Under the pieces are notes generated by a model that saw only the letters and a program-made list of their open reading frames with translations, had not been told where the DNA came from and did not search any database. DNA of 64,000 bases from Patescibacteria group bacterium (lineage in GTDB: Bacteria; Patescibacteriota; Patescibacteriia; JAHIZJ01), in contig JBAZLK010000001.1 of assembly GCA_041650335.1 (NCBI GenBank), forward strand, positions 164,940 to 228,939, given 5' to 3'. Both the position numbers and the translations under genes were made by a program. Position 1 is the first letter of the stretch; each line of letters opens with the position of its first letter. Positions 16,909 to 27,912 of the stretch are shown in pieces.

Positions 16909-17619
16909 ATGGCACGAGTCTATCCTAAAGCACAGACCAACCAGGCGAACAAAAAGTCCGACCGGCGCCGGCCGCGCCGCCGTTTTTGGCTAGGGCCGAG
17001 AAGTTGCTTCGGCCAGTTTATATTTGTACTGGTATTGATCGCGCTCGGTCTGGGTATTGCTGTCGCGCGGACCGGTTTAGTAACTATACCGATTCTCACG
17101 CCATTGTTTTATCATCCGGTCGAGCCAACCCGGAAAGTGCAATGGAACCGAGCCGAGCTGCATAATATCGGTCCGACGCTCTCAGAGATTTTGGAGCAAT
17201 ACCGGTCTGAGGGGCGCCTCGACCTGCCGCTGTCCGAGGAGAATCTGACCAAGCTGTTGCAGGTGGCGCTGGTGGAGCGCGAGCAACCAACCCTCCAAGA
17301 CATCCAGGCGGTCATTGAACCGGACGGGATCGAGGTCTCTGGTCAGTTGCAGTCGTCCCGTTATCCCTATCATTTTGACCTGACGGTTTGGCCGACGGTT
17401 AAAAAAGGAAAGATTATTTTTTCTGTCCGCCGCGCCCGCCTTGAACGCGTTCCGTTGCCGGCCTCGCTGGGCAATACGATCGTCCATAATTATCTCGCTG
17501 CCTCGGAAAACGCCCTTAATCGCGCCCTGAACCAGTATCTCGAGGTTTCAAAGATACAACTGTCGTCTCGAACGGCCATTGTCACCGGACGCGTCCTTCA
17601 GTCACGGCTCCCATTTTAA
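16909..17619 (+). CDS. Hypothetical single-pass membrane protein
   Basis: Basic N-terminus, one TM helix, in-operon spacing. Confidence 0.7.
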   Translation: MARVYPKAQTNQANKKSDRRRPRRRFWLGPRSCFGQFIFVLVLIALGLGIAVARTGLVTIPILTPLFYHPVEPTRKVQWNRAELHNIGPTLSEILEQYRSEGRLDLPLSEENLTKLLQVALVEREQPTLQDIQAVIEPDGIEVSGQLQSSRYPYHFDLTVWPTVKKGKIIFSVRRARLERVPLPASLGNTIVHNYLAASENALNRALNQYLEVSKIQLSSRTAIVTGRVLQSRLPF

Positions 17620-17623
17620 ATCT

Positions 17624-18385
17624 ATGCTTTTATTTCGACGGTCCATACCATTTATCTCAACCCTCCTCATCGGTTTTGTCTATGAGTCTCTTTGTTTGAA
17701 GCCGGAAGACGTCTATTGGTATTGGGTTGGCCTTCTCGTTGTTGTCGCCGGCACGCAACTGGCGTTGTCAAAAAAGGCGCGTTTGGTCGAAACGGCTATT
17801 TTAGGCATCAGTCAAATATTATTTCTCTCCGGCACCTATTATTTTATTTTCTTTGTTGAAGGATCGACCATCCGCCAACTTTTGATTGGCCTCGCCTTGG
17901 TCATAAACCTATTCTATCTGACGAACATTTTTTACTATCATTTCCGAACTGAAAAGTACCAAGTAAACGCCCTCCAGAACATTTCAAGCTTTTTGAATTT
18001 AATTTCAATCTTTACGCTTAGCAGCGTCGGTTTTAGCCTTATCCTGTATCTTGGGTGGCCGTCATGGTTGATCAGCCTCGGGGTCGCACTGGCCTCGGCC
18101 GTGCTTTGCTATCAGACATATTGGGTGAATAAAATCGTTGGCCCCGCCACTTTTCTGTACGCCGGCATTACAGGTCTTGTCGGGGGTGAGATTTTTTGGG
18201 CCGCCACGTTTTTACCCACAAGTTTTTTTGTTAACGGCGCCATAGTTACCGTGGTCAACTACTCAATCGTAAACCTCGCCCGGCATTATTTTGCCGGAAA
18301 CCTGCAGAAGAACGTCGTCTGGCGGTATTTAATAATTAGCGCAACTGTGCTATTATTAACTCTAGTCACGGCGCGTTGGAAGTAA
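17624..18385 (+). CDS. Hypothetical polytopic membrane protein
   Basis: About 8 hydrophobic segments; ATG 17624 follows the upstream stop. Confidence 0.78.
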   Translation: MLLFRRSIPFISTLLIGFVYESLCLKPEDVYWYWVGLLVVVAGTQLALSKKARLVETAILGISQILFLSGTYYFIFFVEGSTIRQLLIGLALVINLFYLTNIFYYHFRTEKYQVNALQNISSFLNLISIFTLSSVGFSLILYLGWPSWLISLGVALASAVLCYQTYWVNKIVGPATFLYAGITGLVGGEIFWAATFLPTSFFVNGAIVTVVNYSIVNLARHYFAGNLQKNVVWRYLIISATVLLLTLVTARWK

Positions 18386-18404
18386 ATTTTTTTGAATCAT
18401 TCCC

Positions 18405-19634
18405 ATGGAACTTAAACCGACCCCAACTTCACCAAAGGCAAAGCAAAACACTGACATTGAAAGGCTTTTTCGCGATAAGAATTTTACTGAGCTCCATCGT
18501 CCCGGTCCACGGGGCAGCCGCACTTTTATCATCCTGTTATCAGTGGTTGTCGCCATATTTTCAGGTTTCTTTGGGGGAATGTTTTTCTACTATTTCTTTC
18601 CGAACCAGTTAAATCAGACCGGTCAGGTTACCTTCCGTTCGGCCCGAGGCGCTGAATTAACGCCCGAAAAGATAAACGAGCTCCGGGACGACACCCAGCG
18701 TGGCTTAATCAGCATTTTTCTGAAAAAGGAGTCGACGGTATCGACTGATCCGCGCAGCGACCTCTATCATCCTTGGGAGCAGCTGGCCACCGGCCTGGCT
18801 GTTACGAGTGATGGTTGGATTGTGGCGCCTCGTCTCGCCTTTACCGACCTCAATGCGAGTTACGTCGGAGTGAATTCCGATGGTACGGTCTTCGCCATAC
18901 AGAAGATAATGGCGGATCCGGCCAGCGCCTTGTATTTCTTGAAGATCGAGACAAATAATTTGCCCGTGGTCGACTTTGCTACTTCAGATGATATCTTTGC
19001 CGGCGACGAGATATTTCTTGTCGCCAATAACGGCCAAACCCTGCCGAATTTATTTTCCACAAACATCACTCAGCTGAAACATTTCGTGTACACGTCAGTC
19101 GCGGACTATCTCGAGTCGAGCGACCAGTACCGGAGCCGGGCGATATTGAAAGACGCCCTGACCGCAAATTATCAAGGCGCTGTCGCTGTTAATGGATCAG
19201 GTAAAATCCTTGGAATCGTGGCCGCGAAAGACTGGCCGTCAAATGAACTTGTCTTAGGCTATCAAATCCGGCCCGGTTTAGCCAGTTTATTGAAGAAAGG
19301 TGAGGTTGTCCGCCCGACGCTTGGCGTACATTATCTCGATCTCAGCCGCAAGAGTAATTACCCACCGACAAGTACGGAGGGAAGAAAAGCCGGCGCGCTC
19401 ATCTTCGGTGACCGTGATACAAATCTGCCCGCTGTCGAATCTGGGAGCGCGGCCGAAAAAGCCGGTTTGCAGAAAGGCGACATTATTATTAAGGTGAACG
19501 ATCTCACGCTTGATGAGCGGCAAGATTTGACCGACGCCATCCAGGATTATTCGCCTGGAGATACGGTGAAGCTGAAAATTATCCGTTCGTCGAAGGAAAT
19601 TACCGTTGAGGTTACCCTAAATTCTCAGAAATAA
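18405..19634 (+). CDS. HtrA/DegP-like trypsin-fold plus PDZ protein, apparently non-catalytic
   Basis: TM anchor, GLAVTSDGWIV, RPTLGV, SAAEKAGLQKGDIIIKVN (PDZ). Catalytic H, D and S are not evident. Confidence 0.85.
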   Translation: MELKPTPTSPKAKQNTDIERLFRDKNFTELHRPGPRGSRTFIILLSVVVAIFSGFFGGMFFYYFFPNQLNQTGQVTFRSARGAELTPEKINELRDDTQRGLISIFLKKESTVSTDPRSDLYHPWEQLATGLAVTSDGWIVAPRLAFTDLNASYVGVNSDGTVFAIQKIMADPASALYFLKIETNNLPVVDFATSDDIFAGDEIFLVANNGQTLPNLFSTNITQLKHFVYTSVADYLESSDQYRSRAILKDALTANYQGAVAVNGSGKILGIVAAKDWPSNELVLGYQIRPGLASLLKKGEVVRPTLGVHYLDLSRKSNYPPTSTEGRKAGALIFGDRDTNLPAVESGSAAEKAGLQKGDIIIKVNDLTLDERQDLTDAIQDYSPGDTVKLKIIRSSKEITVEVTLNSQK

Positions 19635-19642
19635 AGATCACG

Positions 19643-20365
19643 ATGTTACTTTCCCTTATTATTCCAGCCTACAACGAAGAAAAGCGAATTCGCAAGACGC
19701 TTGAGCTTTTTGTGCGAGAGCTTTGTCCGGGCGACAAGGAGATCATAGTCGTTTTAAATGGCTGCACCGACAACACGCGGTCGGTCGTTGAACAGGCGGC
19801 ACGAGACTTCGGTAGCGAAATAAAAATTGAAGAGCTTGCAATCGGTGGCAAAGGGTTGGCCGTCGTCCATGGTTTTAAAAAGGCGACTGGTGATCTGATC
19901 GGATTCGTTGATGCGGACGGAGCGACGAGCCCGCGTGAATATCGAAAGCTCGTTGAAGCCATCACGCAGGGCAAGGCTGATGGGGCAATTGCTTCGCGCT
20001 GGCTAGCCGGATCGCACGTCGTCGCCCGCACCTCGTTTTTCCGTGAAGTAATCAGTCAAGCGTTTTTCATTATTACAAAACTCTTATTCTGGCTGCCGTT
20101 CCGCGACACTCAGTGCGGCGCTAAATTGTTCCGTCGCGAGGTCGCCCAAGCCGTGCTGCCGAAATTAAAGGTGATGAATATGGCTTTTGACGTCGAGCTG
20201 TTGTTATTGACTAAACAGGCGAAATACCGGATTACTGAGGTGCCGACGGAGTGGATTGATCAGTCAATTTCCGCCACCTTCGGTTCGCCGCTGAAGGTGA
20301 TAAAGACCAGTCTTAACATGTTTTTCTCCCTTTTTAAAATACGTTTTCAACATTTACGCTCCTAA
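19643..20365 (+). CDS. GT2 polyprenyl-phosphate glycosyltransferase (DPG-synthase-like)
   Basis: LSLIIPAYNEE, FVDADG, DTQCGAKLF, FDVELL. Confidence 0.9.
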   Translation: MLLSLIIPAYNEEKRIRKTLELFVRELCPGDKEIIVVLNGCTDNTRSVVEQAARDFGSEIKIEELAIGGKGLAVVHGFKKATGDLIGFVDADGATSPREYRKLVEAITQGKADGAIASRWLAGSHVVARTSFFREVISQAFFIITKLLFWLPFRDTQCGAKLFRREVAQAVLPKLKVMNMAFDVELLLLTKQAKYRITEVPTEWIDQSISATFGSPLKVIKTSLNMFFSLFKIRFQHLRS

Positions 20366-20368
20366 GAC

Positions 20369-21397
20369 ATGTCGGTGGTACAACTGGTCCAGCAAAAAAA
20401 CATACTCGTGACGGGCGGCGCCGGCTTTATCGGCAGCCACCTCTGTGACATTTTGGTCAAACAGGGGAATGTCATCTGCCTCGATAATTTCATCACCGGG
20501 CACATCAGCAATATTGAGCACCTGCTCCACTTGCCGAATTTTGAATTTGTTAAACACGATATTGTCGAGGCGATTGATCTCGAGGCTTTGCCCGAATTAA
20601 AAAAGTTCAAAATTCCATTCCACGGAATCCAAGAAATATACCACCTGGCTTGTCCGACCTCGCACTATGAAAATCATGCCCACCAGCTAGCGACGGCCTT
20701 AACGAACGGCATTGGCACGAAGCACATTCTTGACCTGACGGTAAAATACCGAGCGGTATTGTTATTTACTTCCAGCGAGGCAATCTACGGGTGGCCGACG
20801 GATAAAGATAGCATTGCGCCGTACCACGAGGAATACTGGGGGTACGTCAACCCGTTAAGCAGTCGTGGGTGCTATGACGAGGGAAAGCGGTATGCCGAAA
20901 GTTTGATCATGATTTATCGTGATGAGCATAAACTGGATACGCGCATTCTCCGGATCTTTCCGACCTATGGTCCGCGCATGAGCCTGCGGGACAACCGCAT
21001 GATTCCGCGATTGATTTCGGAAGCCTTGAATAATCAGAAAATGAACATTTATGGACAGCCGACTGATCGCACGACGCTGTGTTACATCACCGATGTGATC
21101 GAAGCAATCACAAAAATGATGAAATCGGAACTTGCCGGCCCGATTAATATCGGCAGCGAAAATACGGTTAGCTTGAAGGAAATCGGTGAAAAGATAAAAA
21201 CCATTACCGGCGCGACCTCTGAAATTAGCTTTGAGAATGAGTCGCCATTCACGCATTACCGGGCTACCCCGGACATTACGCTGGCGCGGAATAAGCTCGG
21301 TTGGTTTCCGGTCGTTCCGCTCGATGAAGGTCTGCGCTTAACGATCGAGGACATGCGCGGGAGTCAGGTTGTCGGTATCCAAGACATCAAAGTATAA
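20369..21397 (+). CDS. UDP-glucuronate decarboxylase-like NAD-dependent epimerase/dehydratase
   Basis: [45 protein letters not shown]. Confidence 0.85.
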   Translation: MSVVQLVQQKNILVTGGAGFIGSHLCDILVKQGNVICLDNFITGHISNIEHLLHLPNFEFVKHDIVEAIDLEALPELKKFKIPFHGIQEIYHLACPTSHYENHAHQLATALTNGIGTKHILDLTVKYRAVLLFTSSEAIYGWPTDKDSIAPYHEEYWGYVNPLSSRGCYDEGKRYAESLIMIYRDEHKLDTRILRIFPTYGPRMSLRDNRMIPRLISEALNNQKMNIYGQPTDRTTLCYITDVIEAITKMMKSELAGPINIGSENTVSLKEIGEKIKTITGATSEISFENESPFTHYRATPDITLARNKLGWFPVVPLDEGLRLTIEDMRGSQVVGIQDIKV

Positions 21398-21420
21398 TAA
21401 CTAATAACAACAAAGAACGT

Positions 21421-22593
21421 ATGGTAATGCGAAAAAAAGAACGTTTTATTTTTACCTCGGAGTCGGTTACCGAGGGTCATCCCGATAAAGTTTGCGATCA
21501 GATTTCCGACGCGGTGTTGGACGAACTGTTGCGTCAGGACCCAGGCAGCCGCTGCGCCTGCGAAGTGTTGGTGACAACAGGCCTGGTAGTTGTTGTCGGT
21601 GAAATCCACACGCGTGGATACGTCGACGTCCAAAAAATTGTCCGTCAAACGATAAAAGATATCGGCTATGCTAACCATGACTATGGCTTCCACTGGGAAG
21701 ACTGTGGGGTGATTGTGGCCATTGACGAGCAAAGCGCTGATATCGCTCAAGGTGTGACCGGCCGGGGTAAGTATAAACAGCAGGGGGCGGGGGATCAGGG
21801 GTTAATGTTTGGATACGCGACCGATGAGACGCCGGAATATATGCCCCTGCCGATCATCATGGCACATAAATTGGCACGGAAATTGACTGATGTTCGTAAA
21901 AAGGGAGTTTTGCCGTATCTTCGGCCCGACGGAAAAACGGAAGTCGCCGTCGAATACCTCAATGGGCGTCCGGTTCGATTGGAGACCGTTGTCATTGCCG
22001 CTCAGCATGACGAACACGTATCTGAGCAGAAGTTGGAACGGGATGTCATCGCGAAGGTCATTAAACCGGTGGCCGGCAAGTACTTTGATCGTCGGACGCG
22101 CGTATTTGTAAATGCGACCGGTCGCTTTGTCAAAGGCGGCCCGCCCGCCGATTCCGGTTTAACCGGCCGGAAGATCATCGTTGACACCTACGGTGGGTAC
22201 GCCCGCCATGGCGGCGGTTGCTTCTCAGGCAAAGATCCGTCAAAAGTCGACCGTTCGGCTGCGTATATGGCGCGCTATGTGGCCAAAAACATTGTGGCGG
22301 CTGGTTTAGCGAAGAAATGCGAAGTGCAGGTGGCGTATGTTATCGGTTTTGCCGAACCAATCAGCATTCTCGTGGACACGTTCGGTACCGGTGAGTTGTC
22401 GAACGAACGGATCGTTTCAATTATCCGGAAACATTTTGATTTGACTCCTGGCGGTATCATCAAACACCTGAAACTCCGCCGGCCGATCTATAAGAAAACG
22501 GCTGCCTACGGACACTTTGGCCGACGGGAAGCTGAATTCACCTGGGAAAAAACGGACCTGGTGCCGACCTTACGGCGCTATCTGAAGGCCTAA
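21421..22593 (+). CDS. metK: S-adenosylmethionine synthase
   Basis: [46 protein letters not shown]. Confidence 0.98.
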   Translation: MVMRKKERFIFTSESVTEGHPDKVCDQISDAVLDELLRQDPGSRCACEVLVTTGLVVVVGEIHTRGYVDVQKIVRQTIKDIGYANHDYGFHWEDCGVIVAIDEQSADIAQGVTGRGKYKQQGAGDQGLMFGYATDETPEYMPLPIIMAHKLARKLTDVRKKGVLPYLRPDGKTEVAVEYLNGRPVRLETVVIAAQHDEHVSEQKLERDVIAKVIKPVAGKYFDRRTRVFVNATGRFVKGGPPADSGLTGRKIIVDTYGGYARHGGGCFSGKDPSKVDRSAAYMARYVAKNIVAAGLAKKCEVQVAYVIGFAEPISILVDTFGTGELSNERIVSIIRKHFDLTPGGIIKHLKLRRPIYKKTAAYGHFGRREAEFTWEKTDLVPTLRRYLKA

Positions 22594-22618
22594 TCACTCC
22601 TTAACGATTAGTCACGCT

Positions 22619-23902
22619 ATGAAAATAACGGTCATTGGTACTGGCTATGTCGGTTTAGTAACCGGAACGTGTCTCGCCGAGATCGGACACCAGGTGACTT
22701 GTCTTGATATTGATCAACGGAAGATCGCGGGCCTGCGACGGGGGGTTCTGCCGATCTATGAGCCAAAGCTCGATAGCTTGGTACAAAAAAATATTCGCGC
22801 CAAACGGTTGTTTTTTACCACGAGTTATCCTGAAGCGATCCAAGACAGCCTGGTCGTTTTTATTGCCGTGGGGACGCCGGCTCGTCCGGATGGAAAAGCC
22901 AACTTGCGCTATGTGTATGAGGCGGCCAAGTCAGTGGCAACACACATGTCCGACTACAAGGTGATCGTCGATAAAAGCACTGTCCCGGTCGGCACGGCGC
23001 AGGCGGTCAAGAAAATAATCAAACGGCATTATGCCGGTCGCTTTGATGTCGTTTCGTGCCCGGAATTTCTTCGCGAAGGCTCGGCGATCAAAGACTTTAT
23101 GCGGCCGGACCGCGTCGTTATCGGCGGTGATAACCGAAAAGCCACGAATATTCTGCTCGACGTCTTCAAGCCGATTCACGGAATGAAACTGGTGACGAAT
23201 CTCGAAAGTGCCGAGCTGATCAAATATGCCTCAAATGCTTTTCTGGCGACGAAAATATCGTTCATCAATGAGATCTCAAATATCTGTGACATCGTTGGTG
23301 CCGATGTCGGGGAGGTTGCTTACGGCATGGGCCTGGATCGGCGCATCGGTCCGCATTTTCTCCATGCCGGTGTCGGCTATGGCGGCAGCTGCTTTCCGAA
23401 AGACGTCAGCGCGCTAAAACAAATGGCCGGATCGAATGGCTACGATTTTCAATTGCTAAAGGCTGTGATTGAAGTAAATCGTCGCCAGCGGTCCGTCGTC
23501 CTGGCGAAGGCAAAAAAAATGCTCGGTTCCCTTCGCAATAAGAAAATCGGCGTCCTCGGGTTGGCCTTTAAAAACAACACCGACGACGTTCGAGAATCAG
23601 CTGCTATCGACATCATTCGGTTACTGGAAAGAAAACGCGCCAAGGTGACCGCCTTTGATCCGGTGGCGAGACGAAACGCGGTCAGACTATTGCCAGGCAC
23701 CGCGATCGTCGGAAGCGCCTATAGCGCCTGCCAAAAAAAGGACTTGATTATCATCGCTACCGAATGGCCCGAGTTTAGAGCTTTGGATTGGACTCGGATC
23801 AAACGGCTCATGAACAGGCCAAACATAGTTGACGGACGGAACCTTTTGGACCAAAATAAAATGCGTAAACTCGGCTTTCATTACGTGAGTATTGGGCGTT
23901 AA
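22619..23902 (+). CDS. ugd: UDP-glucose 6-dehydrogenase
   Basis: IGTGYVGL, KSTVPVG, PEFLREG, GYGGSCFPKD, AFKNNTDDVRES. Confidence 0.93.
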   Translation: MKITVIGTGYVGLVTGTCLAEIGHQVTCLDIDQRKIAGLRRGVLPIYEPKLDSLVQKNIRAKRLFFTTSYPEAIQDSLVVFIAVGTPARPDGKANLRYVYEAAKSVATHMSDYKVIVDKSTVPVGTAQAVKKIIKRHYAGRFDVVSCPEFLREGSAIKDFMRPDRVVIGGDNRKATNILLDVFKPIHGMKLVTNLESAELIKYASNAFLATKISFINEISNICDIVGADVGEVAYGMGLDRRIGPHFLHAGVGYGGSCFPKDVSALKQMAGSNGYDFQLLKAVIEVNRRQRSVVLAKAKKMLGSLRNKKIGVLGLAFKNNTDDVRESAAIDIIRLLERKRAKVTAFDPVARRNAVRLLPGTAIVGSAYSACQKKDLIIIATEWPEFRALDWTRIKRLMNRPNIVDGRNLLDQNKMRKLGFHYVSIGR

Positions 23903-23924
23903 GCGCTATTGTTAGCCAAAAAAC

Positions 23925-24875
23925 ATGAAAATTATCGTCACAATACCCGCTTTTAACGAGGCGGCTAATATTTCTGAGGTAATTGCTGAAATTCCTCGCC
24001 AGATTAATGGCGTGGATAGAGTTGAAGTTCTGGTCATTGACGACGGATCAACCGACCGAACAGTTGAGCTGGCCAAGCAGGCCGGCGCTGATTACGTCCT
24101 GTTGAATGGGGTAAATAAAGGCCTGGCCTACACGTTTCAACGCTTGATCGAAGAGGCGTTACAGAGAGGTGCCGATATTATCGTGAACACGGATGGCGAT
24201 AACCACTATAACCAATCGCGTATTCCTGAACTCATCGCTCCGATCTTAGAAAAACGGGCTGATATCGTCATCGGCGACCGCGAGGTGAAAAAACTAGAAC
24301 ACATGCCGGCCGCGAATAAATATTTTAATTTGATCGGAAGCTACTGCGTTTCCCGGATGATCGGATTGAAGAAAACGCTTGACGTCTCAACTGGCTTTCG
24401 GGCGTACAATCGGGAAGCGGCCATGCGGATCTCGATCTTTTCAAAACACACCTATACGCACGAGACGCTGATCCAGGCGCTCGATCATAGCCTGGCAATT
24501 ACCCAAGTGCCGATTCGGGCCCGCAAGGTGACGCGGAAATCGCGCCTCATCTCGAATATTCCGAAGCACCTGGTAAAATCTCTCATTGTCATATTTCGGG
24601 TGTTCACGATCTACAAACCCCTTCGTGTTCTATCGACGCTCGGGCTACTTGTTTTTCTGCCCGGTTTTATCCTTGTGCTCCGTTTTCTGTATTTTTACTT
24701 TTTTACCGTCCGGGGCGGCGAAGGCCACATCCAGTCTCTCATCATCGCGGCAATATTTATCCTTCTTGGTTTTCAAATATTCATTCTTGGCTTAATCGCT
24801 TCTGCCATCGGTTGGAATCGGAAAATGTCGGAAGAAATATTGTACCGGATTAAAAAAGAGTCGCTCAAAGAATGA
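23925..24875 (+). CDS. GT2 glycosyltransferase with C-terminal TM helices
   Basis: IPAFNEA, IDDGSTD, NTDGDNHY, DVSTGFRAY. Confidence 0.9.
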   Translation: MKIIVTIPAFNEAANISEVIAEIPRQINGVDRVEVLVIDDGSTDRTVELAKQAGADYVLLNGVNKGLAYTFQRLIEEALQRGADIIVNTDGDNHYNQSRIPELIAPILEKRADIVIGDREVKKLEHMPAANKYFNLIGSYCVSRMIGLKKTLDVSTGFRAYNREAAMRISIFSKHTYTHETLIQALDHSLAITQVPIRARKVTRKSRLISNIPKHLVKSLIVIFRVFTIYKPLRVLSTLGLLVFLPGFILVLRFLYFYFFTVRGGEGHIQSLIIAAIFILLGFQIFILGLIASAIGWNRKMSEEILYRIKKESLKE

Positions 24876-25939
24876 CCGTACTTTTTATCACGCGAAAATA
24901 TCCGCCTCAGGTTGGAGGGATGGAGAATTACAGTTATGGTTTAATCTCCCATTTAGCCATCCGAACGCGGTTGATCGCACTTAAGCATTCACAGATCCAT
25001 CTCATTTGGTTTCTACCCTACGCCTTTATCGCTGGGCTTTTTTTGTCATGGCGGGTCGAGGTAATTTACCTCTGTGACGGTTTATTGTCCCCGCTGGGCT
25101 ATCTCTTGAAATTACTGACGCGGAAACCGGTTTGCGTCACCGTCCACGGCTTGGACGTCACCTATCAGAATCGGTTGTATCAAAAAGTAAACGTCGGCTG
25201 TCTGCGAAAACTGGACCGTGTTTTTTGCGTCAGCCGTTCCACGATCGAGGAATGTGTCAAACGCGGGATTGACCGGGAAAAATGTGTCTATATCCCGAAT
25301 GGCGTGCAGATTCCCAGTATTCCCGAGGCGTACACCCGCGAGCAGCTTGAAAAGCTAGTCCGGCGACCGCTCGCCGGGAAGAAAATAATCCTTTCAATCG
25401 GCCGGCTGGTTGCACGCAAGGGGACAGCCTGGTTTATTCGTGAAGTCTTGCCGCTTTTACCCGATGACATGATCTACTTGGTCGCCGGCGACGGACCCGA
25501 ACGCCAGCGCGTTGAGGCGGCGGTTTCGGAAAAGAACCTGTCAACGCGCGTTTTCCTTCTTGGGCAGGTGAGTGAGTCGGAACGCGAGTTACTGTTCCGG
25601 ACGGCTGATGTTTTTGTGATGCCAAACCAGCGGGTACCTGGCGATATGGAGGGTTTTGGCATTGTGGCGATTGAGGCGGCTGGCCGGGGCTTGCCGGTGG
25701 TGGTAGCCAGACTCGAGGGTTTAGCTGATGCCATCAGCGATGGTGAGAACGGGTATCTCGTCGATAGCGAAAACGCCGGAGCGTTTGCCAGAAAAATACG
25801 GGAACTGTTGAGTGACCCGGGTCTCGCCGGACTATCCGAGCGTTTTGCCGCCTACACGAAAAAATATTATAATTGGAAATACATCAGCCATCTCTATCTT
25901 GAGGAATTAAAGAAGCATTTCAGCAATGCGACGGATTAA
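24872..25939 (+). CDS. GT4 glycosyltransferase
   Basis: YPPQVGGME, GRLVARKG, EGFGIVAIEA. Confidence 0.92.
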   Translation: MTVLFITRKYPPQVGGMENYSYGLISHLAIRTRLIALKHSQIHLIWFLPYAFIAGLFLSWRVEVIYLCDGLLSPLGYLLKLLTRKPVCVTVHGLDVTYQNRLYQKVNVGCLRKLDRVFCVSRSTIEECVKRGIDREKCVYIPNGVQIPSIPEAYTREQLEKLVRRPLAGKKIILSIGRLVARKGTAWFIREVLPLLPDDMIYLVAGDGPERQRVEAAVSEKNLSTRVFLLGQVSESERELLFRTADVFVMPNQRVPGDMEGFGIVAIEAAGRGLPVVVARLEGLADAISDGENGYLVDSENAGAFARKIRELLSDPGLAGLSERFAAYTKKYYNWKYISHLYLEELKKHFSNATD

Positions 25940-27905
25940 TCTCGAGTCAATTCTTTTCATCGTCGTTCTTCTGATGTGTCTGCTCATCGCTGGGCTGACC
26001 GGCCTCAGTATCTTTTCGGTTTTTACAAAGGAAATCGTCGGTTATCTGGCACTGGCGCTTTTTGGCTTGCCGCTGCTCTGGCTGATCATCACGCGCCGGC
26101 AGTCGGTATTCACCATTCAACGCAAGGAAGTTCTTTTTTTATTCGTCCTTCTTTTAGCCGTCACGCTGAGCGGTTTCTTTCATCATGACGTTCCTGAAGG
26201 ACGTGACGACATGGGCTACATCGCCGCCGCCGCAAAAATTACCGAGAGCCATTCGCTCTCCTTTACCGATGTTATCTCGCGGCCGTATCACCCTTTTCGC
26301 AGCCTTGGCAATGACACCTTTACCTCCCAATTTTTACCTGGCTACACGTCATATTTGGCCGGTTTCTATGATTTTGGCGGGCTTCATTCACTCCAGGTTG
26401 GTAACACTGTAATATTGTTTCTCACGTTAGTCGCGATGTATTTTATTGTCAGAAATCTTGCTGACGAAAAAACGGCTTTTCTGACAATCCTGCTCTATTT
26501 CACTACCTACACGACGCTCTGGTTTTCGCGACGCACCAACTCGGAAAATCTGCTCATCCTTTTGCTGCTTTTTGGCGGCTGGGCGTTATTGCGAGGCTTG
26601 CGCGAACGCCGGACGCACTATTTTGCGATCAGCGCGTTTGCTTTATGTTTGCCGTTGCTGGTTCGCGGCGAGGGGCTTGCCTATGCCGCTATTGGTATTG
26701 TGATCAATATAATCTTGGCAATAAAATATCGATCGCAAACCAATCGCTCGCGCGTGCTTACCGTCTTATTTTTTCTCGCGGCGCTTGGCAGTCTCTGGCT
26801 CTTGATTCGCTATGGTCAGTTCTATGGTGGCGATTACATCAGCTATACCATTAAAAACATGAACGGCGCGCTCGGTTTTCTCGGACGGTTGAAATTCGTG
26901 TTTCTCGGATTGGCCGCGCTCGCCGGCTTCCTTCTCTTGGCGCGCCGCCAATTTCAAAAAACAAAGAGGACTCTTAGGCTTAGGCCGTATATTTTTGGCG
27001 GTCTGCTGTTGGTTGCGGTCGGTTCTGAGATTGCCTTTTGGCTCTGGGCACGGTCGCACCAGACTGTTAATTGGCGCTGGTTCAAAATCCAGTATGTCAT
27101 TGATAATTTCTGGGCGTACATGTTGATCCCATATGTCCTGGTGGCCTATTGGGGAATATACAAAAAATACCTGGCTCAGCGGGTGTATTTTCTAGTGGCT
27201 ATTTTTCTGCCCTCGTTCATCTTCTTGGTCATGCCGGCGATTGCGGTGGATCAGCCCTGGTTCATGCGCCGCTTTTATGGCGGAATTATCCCGCTACTGT
27301 TTATTCTTGCCGGCGTCGCCTTTGGTAAAGTGTTGGCTGGCAAGAAATTCGCCCTGAACATGATTGTTCTGTTTTTTGTCCTCAATCTGTCCGTTTCGCT
27401 GCCAGTTCTGTTTTATAAAGACAATCAGGGCGTCGAAGGCCAACTTGACGCTGTCGCCGCCCATTTCACAAAAAATGATCTCATTGTGATGCAGCCAGGC
27501 TGGCACTGGCAGCAGTGGGGCTATGCCTGGCATTACTTATATGGACTGGATGTCCTGCCGAATGTTGATGGTTTTACGGCCGATGAATTTGTGGCTTTGG
27601 TCGAAAAGTATCCCAATGTCTATATTATGAGCGCTGACAAAGAAAACCCCTATGCGTTAGTTCAGGCGGCAGACCTTGAACATGCGTTTGATTTTACGCT
27701 CCGGTATCCGTCGCTCATCCCAACGGCGTGGGCAAATGAATACGTCGAGGATAATAAAAGTAACCTGTCGCTGGCTGCCATAGCCCAGGCGTGGAAGGGG
27801 ACGCCGCCGCGAACGTTTGAAAACGTCGAGCAGCCACTCTATGTCTTTCGGTTAAAGCAGAAAAATATCCTGATTGATCGATTTAGCCAGATACCAAAAT
27901 TTTAG
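25926..27905 (+). CDS. Polytopic membrane protein, probable GT-C (PMT/ArnT-like) glycosyltransferase
   Basis: Many TM segments, acidic GRDD loop after the early TMs, RRTNSE, located in the glycan operon. Confidence 0.65.
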   Translation: MRRINLESILFIVVLLMCLLIAGLTGLSIFSVFTKEIVGYLALALFGLPLLWLIITRRQSVFTIQRKEVLFLFVLLLAVTLSGFFHHDVPEGRDDMGYIAAAAKITESHSLSFTDVISRPYHPFRSLGNDTFTSQFLPGYTSYLAGFYDFGGLHSLQVGNTVILFLTLVAMYFIVRNLADEKTAFLTILLYFTTYTTLWFSRRTNSENLLILLLLFGGWALLRGLRERRTHYFAISAFALCLPLLVRGEGLAYAAIGIVINIILAIKYRSQTNRSRVLTVLFFLAALGSLWLLIRYGQFYGGDYISYTIKNMNGALGFLGRLKFVFLGLAALAGFLLLARRQFQKTKRTLRLRPYIFGGLLLVAVGSEIAFWLWARSHQTVNWRWFKIQYVIDNFWAYMLIPYVLVAYWGIYKKYLAQRVYFLVAIFLPSFIFLVMPAIAVDQPWFMRRFYGGIIPLLFILAGVAFGKVLAGKKFALNMIVLFFVLNLSVSLPVLFYKDNQGVEGQLDAVAAHFTKNDLIVMQPGWHWQQWGYAWHYLYGLDVLPNVDGFTADEFVALVEKYPNVYIMSADKENPYALVQAADLEHAFDFTLRYPSLIPTAWANEYVEDNKSNLSLAAIAQAWKGTPPRTFENVEQPLYVFRLKQKNILIDRFSQIPKF

Positions 27906-27912
27906 CTGCTCT

